A DNA stretch of 64,000 nt from positions 1-64,000 of IMG/VR virus record IMGVR_UViG_3300037308_000134. One strand, written 5' to 3'. Position numbers and translations under genes: made by a program. Shown here in pieces: positions 60,051 through 64,000 of this stretch (position 1 is the stretch's first letter; the number at the start of each line of letters is the position of its first letter). Source of the DNA: a virus. The notes beneath the pieces are model-generated. The model saw nothing but the letters and a program-made list of their open reading frames with translations, was not told where the DNA came from and did not search any database.

Positions 60051-60629
60051 ATGCGGGGTAACAAACAAAAATCAGTCAAAAAACAGAGGGGGAGGGGTTC
60101 TCCAAAACAAACTCTCAAATGGTTAATTTCACACACAGCCCAAGACGTTATGTGGCGGTTAAAAAATCAACCAACCCAGGGGATTGTTTATATCATGGGG
60201 TATTCTGAAATTCAGTATAGCCAACAGCGATTAACTTACACTGTTGATGTTCTTAAAGACAAGCCAGATGACCTGCCTATTCTGTTTAAAAAGATTTTAG
60301 AGAACATGCAGAACTTTAATCTCAAACCAGAGGCCATCTTTCTTATACACTCAGGGGGAAGAACAGACACTAATCAAGAAATGATCATTATACGTGGGGT
60401 TGAAATTGGTGGACAAAAAGCCATGATGACGTTTGATATTGAAAGAGTAGGGGATAGATTGTTACCAGCACAGCAGCTTAATTCTACACTTGCTTTTTCG
60501 CAAGATATAGACCTAGGGGAAATTAATGACTTTTTTAAAATCTATCACTATGAACAACAAAAGACAGTACAAAGTATATCCCCTGACTTGTCCAGAATGT
60601 CAGGCGCCAATGCGACTAATAAAGGGTAA
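60051..60629 (+). CDS. Hypothetical protein
   Basis: 192-aa ORF with no SD. Start uncertain. Overlaps the next ORF by ~100 nt. Confidence 0.45.
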   Translation: MRGNKQKSVKKQRGRGSPKQTLKWLISHTAQDVMWRLKNQPTQGIVYIMGYSEIQYSQQRLTYTVDVLKDKPDDLPILFKKILENMQNFNLKPEAIFLIHSGGRTDTNQEMIIIRGVEIGGQKAMMTFDIERVGDRLLPAQQLNSTLAFSQDIDLGEINDFFKIYHYEQQKTVQSISPDLSRMSGANATNKG

Positions 60630-60915
60630 ATATGGTCTTTTCTATGGGTGTACTAAATGGCCTAATTGCAGCGGTACACATAAAGCTCATCCAGATGGAA
60701 GACCATGTGGAGAACCTGGAACAAAAGATATTAAAGATGCGCGTGTGAGAGTACATGGATTATTAAACTTAATTTGGGATTATAGTAATAAAAAATCACG
60801 ATCAAAAATGTATGCTTGGCTTGCACACAATACAGTAACAGGACACATCTCACAATTAACAAGAGATGAACTACTAATGTTAGAAGCTAAGCTGCAAAGA
60901 ATGGTTAAAACATGA
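60526..60915 (+). CDS. Topoisomerase-type C4 zinc-finger protein
   Basis: CPECQAPMRLIKGKYGLFYGCTKWPNCSGTH motif. Confidence 0.65.
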   Translation: MTFLKSITMNNKRQYKVYPLTCPECQAPMRLIKGKYGLFYGCTKWPNCSGTHKAHPDGRPCGEPGTKDIKDARVRVHGLLNLIWDYSNKKSRSKMYAWLAHNTVTGHISQLTRDELLMLEAKLQRMVKT

Positions 60916-61472
60916 AAACTGACCCAAGCATATTAACACATCCAAACATACCAAAACCATTACATGGTCTTAGCCCAAGAGCTGTACTTGGTCAAACATG
61001 GTGGGATAAACAAAGAGAGTTAGCATATAAATCAACAAACTATACATGCTTAGCTTGTGGAACACCGAAAACAGAAGCCGAGTATCATAAATGGCTTGAG
61101 GCTCATGAATATTATCATTACGATTACAAACACGCAGTTTTAAGATTAAAGAAAATAGTACCTCTCTGTCACGCATGTCATAATTTTATTCACTCTGGCA
61201 GAATGTTTATTCTTTATCAAAAAGGTTCAATGAAAAAACAAAAGATAGTTGACATAATAAAAAGAGGCTTATTTATCTTAGAAAATAATAATCTAAATGC
61301 TTTCTACGGAACGCTTGAAGTTGCTAACGAGCTTGGTATTACAACAAACGTTAAAGCAGAGCCATTAGAAGTTTATGATACAGAATGGTCAGATTGGAGA
61401 ATGATTATCAAAAATAAAGTATATAGAACTAAGTTTAAAAATGAAGAAGAATGGGCAGAATACTATGCATAA
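60912..61472 (+). CDS. Zinc-binding HNH-like protein
   Basis: CLACG...LCHACHNFIHSG. ATGA overlap upstream. Confidence 0.5.
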   Translation: MKTDPSILTHPNIPKPLHGLSPRAVLGQTWWDKQRELAYKSTNYTCLACGTPKTEAEYHKWLEAHEYYHYDYKHAVLRLKKIVPLCHACHNFIHSGRMFILYQKGSMKKQKIVDIIKRGLFILENNNLNAFYGTLEVANELGITTNVKAEPLEVYDTEWSDWRMIIKNKVYRTKFKNEEEWAEYYA

Positions 61473-61947
61473 TAATATGACAAAAAAAGAAATACTATTT
61501 CTTAAAGAGTCCAACGCCATAGAAAGCGTATTTGATGACGATTCACTTCAACAAGCGATCTATGCGTGGGAATATCTCAAAGAACAAAAAAGAATTGATC
61601 CAGGTGTAATACTTAAAACACATAAAATTCTGATGCTTCATCAAAAACTTCTTCCAAACGAAAAAGGATATTGGCGAAACTGCGAAGTTATGATTGGCGG
61701 AAGAATGGGCAGACCACATTATGTTGTACCTATTTTAATAGCTGAATGGCTAAGACAAGCCAATAAATCAACTAAATGGTCTGAAATAAAAAGAGATCAT
61801 GTAGAATATGAAATTATCCATCCATTTATAGATGGAAATGGCAGAACTGGAAGAATGTTTATGAACTGGCAAAGATTAAAAAATAAGCTGCCACTTATGG
61901 TAATATATAATGATAAGAAGTATAAATATTATGAATGGTTTGTATGA
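61465..61947 (+). CDS. Fic/DOC family protein (putative AMPylase)
   Basis: Canonical Fic motif HPFIDGNGRTGR. Confidence 0.85.
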   Translation: MHNNMTKKEILFLKESNAIESVFDDDSLQQAIYAWEYLKEQKRIDPGVILKTHKILMLHQKLLPNEKGYWRNCEVMIGGRMGRPHYVVPILIAEWLRQANKSTKWSEIKRDHVEYEIIHPFIDGNGRTGRMFMNWQRLKNKLPLMVIYNDKKYKYYEWFV

Positions 61948-62252
61948 TACCAAATGATATATTTATAGCGTTTGACTTAGAATCATTAAGAAATGGCAAA
62001 GAGCCAAATAAAAGCACTGTTTTACTGTTAAAAGCATTAGCACGATATAAACCAAATAAAATTATTGTATGGTCAGATGGTAATGGAGAAGAAGCTGAAT
62101 CTTTTGGAAGAAAATATCATCTTGACGATCATGTTTGGTCATACTGGCCGAAGCTTAAACTGGAAGATCAAGATATAAAAATAGACATAGCAATAGAAAG
62201 TAAAAAAAATTCGTGTCAATGTGGGAGAAATAGAATATGCATAACCAAGTAG
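61944..62252 (+). CDS. Hypothetical protein
   Basis: Start trimmed to MIPNDIF at an ATGA junction. Confidence 0.6.
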   Translation: MIPNDIFIAFDLESLRNGKEPNKSTVLLLKALARYKPNKIIVWSDGNGEEAESFGRKYHLDDHVWSYWPKLKLEDQDIKIDIAIESKKNSCQCGRNRICITK

Positions 62253-62695
62253 AACCTATGTGTACATTAGAAGATTTAAAAGTTGTTACCACTATTGATC
62301 CCCATACTAAATCCCCAAATGGTAGACTAATAGAATGTATTAAAGAAAGCGATAAAACTCTTGCTTATATCACAATAATTGCTCCACACTCAATGAAAGG
62401 CTATCATTTGCACAATGAACGTACAGCAAGATATGTATGCTTAAAAGGAAAAGTACGTATCGTTTTATATAGCGGATCAAAAAAAGAAGAATATACCCTA
62501 GACGAATATAATCATCAAAGATTAATTATCCCTCCATTTATTGCTACTGGATTAATTAATGATTGTCCAGAAGAAGCATGGATACTTAATGTTCCAACCC
62601 CACCATATGATCCTAAAAAACACTGGGAGCAAGAAGAATTTACAGAAGCTGAACTTAAAGCAACGTATAAAGTATTAAACAAAGGGGGTGAATAG
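62237..62695 (+). CDS. Cupin-fold protein, WxcM/FdtA-like sugar isomerase candidate
   Basis: The MKGYHLHNERTARYVCLKGKVRIVLY beta-barrel motif resembles RG-x-H-x-H cupins. Weak call. Confidence 0.45.
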   Translation: MHNQVEPMCTLEDLKVVTTIDPHTKSPNGRLIECIKESDKTLAYITIIAPHSMKGYHLHNERTARYVCLKGKVRIVLYSGSKKEEYTLDEYNHQRLIIPPFIATGLINDCPEEAWILNVPTPPYDPKKHWEQEEFTEAELKATYKVLNKGGE

Positions 62696-62696
62696 T

Positions 62697-62858
62697 ATGA
62701 CAAATCTCAATACATTAGCCCGTGAAATAACTTTGGATGAAGGATTGAAAAAGAGTCTGTCAATTGCCCAGGTAAAAGAGGTTATAAGATTATTTATGCA
62801 TTACTTAAAGTATATGGAAATGCGTGAAATAGCAGATTTATTAAAAAAAGCCAAGTAA
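62697..62858 (+). CDS. Small protein (53 aa)
   Basis: Hand-translated MTNLNTLAREITLDEGLKKSLSIAQVKEVIRLFMHYLKYMEMREIADLLKKAK. SD AAAGGGGGTGA. Confidence 0.55.
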   Translation: MTNLNTLAREITLDEGLKKSLSIAQVKEVIRLFMHYLKYMEMREIADLLKKAK

Positions 62859-62871
62859 GGAGGTGATAAAT

Positions 62872-63099
62872 ATGTTAGCAGATGCAAATGGTCCCGTTCC
62901 AACAGAAGCACCAACAAGTCTAAACGATTTACTTGGAGCTACAGGAGCTACAGGTTTTAGTGAAACAATTTCTGTTGATCTTACACCAGAAATTATTAAT
63001 TTACCAGCACAAACTGGTGGAATTAACTGGTTGTGGATTGTTTCGGGATTGGTTATTTTAGTAGCAGTGTATTTTATTTGGAAGATAATAAAAAAATAA
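62872..63099 (+). CDS. Small tail-anchored membrane protein
   Basis: Start trimmed to MLADANG after SD AAGGAGGTGAT. C-terminal TM WLWIVSGLVILVAVYFIW. Confidence 0.65.
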   Translation: MLADANGPVPTEAPTSLNDLLGATGATGFSETISVDLTPEIINLPAQTGGINWLWIVSGLVILVAVYFIWKIIKK

Positions 63100-63114
63100 T
63101 AGGAGGTGATATAT

Positions 63115-63363
63115 ATGGAATCAGATTTAGCTATGACACATCGCTTTCGCAGAGAAGTTGATGCGATTATTCAGGAAGTTGGTCAAGCCAAAGAAGCTTT
63201 CCAAAAAGGTAAGCGTGAATTGTCTTTAGCATATACCAAACTTCAGGAGGCAAAAATGTGGCTAGGAAAAGTGTTAGAAGAACTAGGAAACGAGCTACCT
63301 GAACAATATCAAGACAAAGCTATGCCAAGCACCGCAACAACGGGAACAGCTGGTGTAGTGTAA
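63115..63363 (+). CDS. Hypothetical protein
   Basis: Start trimmed to MESDLAM after SD TAGGAGGTGAT. Confidence 0.65.
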   Translation: MESDLAMTHRFRREVDAIIQEVGQAKEAFQKGKRELSLAYTKLQEAKMWLGKVLEELGNELPEQYQDKAMPSTATTGTAGVV

Positions 63364-63394
63364 TAAAAATCTATAATGATGGGAGGTGAAAAAT

Positions 63395-64000
63395 ATGAAA
63401 AAATTTAATTTAATATGGTTTATTTTAGGTGTATTAATCGTTTTAGGATTCACATGGTTTTTAAGCTATGGAAACATGTCAAAAGCTGAAGCTAAAGCTT
63501 GCAAAAGTGTAAATGCAGAATGTAATGTTAATGATTCTAATAAATTATGTTGTGCAGGTTTAGTATGTATGGACAAAGGTGTTCCGTCAGATACTGGTAA
63601 ATGTCAAATACAACCAACGGCAACACCAACTCTTACACCAAAACCAACAGCTACTCCTACTCCAACTCCTAAACCACCAAAGGATTACTGTAAGAACTTT
63701 GAAAAAGATCAGAAGGAAATCCCATATGGAATGGAGTCGATAGAAGGAATTTGCGATTGTACTGAGGGTTATCATAGAGTTGAAGAACAGACAGAAGAAG
63801 TTTTAACTTTAAGAAAACCTGAAAAAGAGTGGGATACTTTCATTTGCGAAAAAGATGAAGAACCTGAGCCAGAACCCGAACCTGAACCACAACCAGAACC
63901 AGCTAAACCATCAGGATGCACTGGAGATTGTTCTGCTCCAGCTCCACAATGTGGAAGTCCAAATACCACTAATCAGCCAATAAATTTTCACGTTTACAGA
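63395..64000 (+). CDS. Secreted or membrane-anchored Cys-rich protein with Pro/Thr and Glu/Pro linkers, partial
   Basis: SD GGGAGGTGA. MKKFNLIWFILGVLIVLGFTWFL signal/anchor, CKSVNAECNVNDSNKLCCAGLVCMDKG...GKC module, TPTLTPKPTATPTPTPKPP and EPEPEPEPEPQPEP linkers. In frame to the window end, so absent from the track. Confidence 0.7.
   Translation, partial: MKKFNLIWFILGVLIVLGFTWFLSYGNMSKAEAKACKSVNAECNVNDSNKLCCAGLVCMDKGVPSDTGKCQIQPTATPTLTPKPTATPTPTPKPPKDYCKNFEKDQKEIPYGMESIEGICDCTEGYHRVEEQTEEVLTLRKPEKEWDTFICEKDEEPEPEPEPEPQPEPAKPSGCTGDCSAPAPQCGSPNTTNQPINFHVYR

Noticed and set aside
60526-60629. ~100-nt overlap of ORFs 60051..60629 and 60526..60915 as a recoding event
   Set aside because: No slippery sequence was seen. 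The start of the upstream ORF is itself poorly supported, so mis-called boundaries are more likely.
63587-63969. Minus-strand ORFs 63587..63775 and 63772..63969
   Set aside because: They are antisense shadows of the long open plus-strand frame starting at 63395. Their repetitive Gly/Ser translation mirrors the Pro/Glu linker on the coding strand.

Overview
This 64-kb window appears to be one contiguous piece of a large, AT-rich tailed-phage genome with no cellular housekeeping context.

- **1-44065, almost all minus-strand genes:** a Ser/Thr-rich structural gene, MazG/DUF1599 NTP-pyrophosphatases and a lysis cassette. Next come a GT2-methyltransferase fusion, an RmlA-like gene and an intein-containing class II ribonucleotide reductase (nrdJ). 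Head and packaging genes follow (minor head protein, portal, TerL, TerS), then an ~11.5-kb block of 12 sugar-nucleotide and glycosyltransferase genes. After that come ParB-like, DNA methyltransferase and SSB genes and two tRNAs (Gly-UCC, Pro-UGG). An RNA-repair set (RtcB, HNH homing endonuclease, ATP-dependent RNA ligase) contains a discrete ~320-nt structured RNA. The arm ends in a run of tiny zinc-ribbon ORFs.
- **44066-46652, gene-poor divergent control region:** back-to-back promoters, a perfect sigma70-consensus promoter and dense short iteron-like repeats.
- **46653-64000, plus strand:** first a GC-richer run of about 25 small genes, each with an AAAGGAGGTGAT Shine-Dalgarno (SD) and hairpin-filled spacers. 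This run includes a MoxR/CobS-like AAA+ ATPase paired with an HExxH-VWA protein. It is followed by RadC, RadA-like, Fic, cupin and secreted-protein genes.

The long SD complementarity suggests a Bacillota-like host.

All functional calls come from motif recognition by eye; no database search was run. Coordinates of non-ORF elements were hand-counted and anchored to ORF-track boundaries, so they may be off by 1-2 nt.
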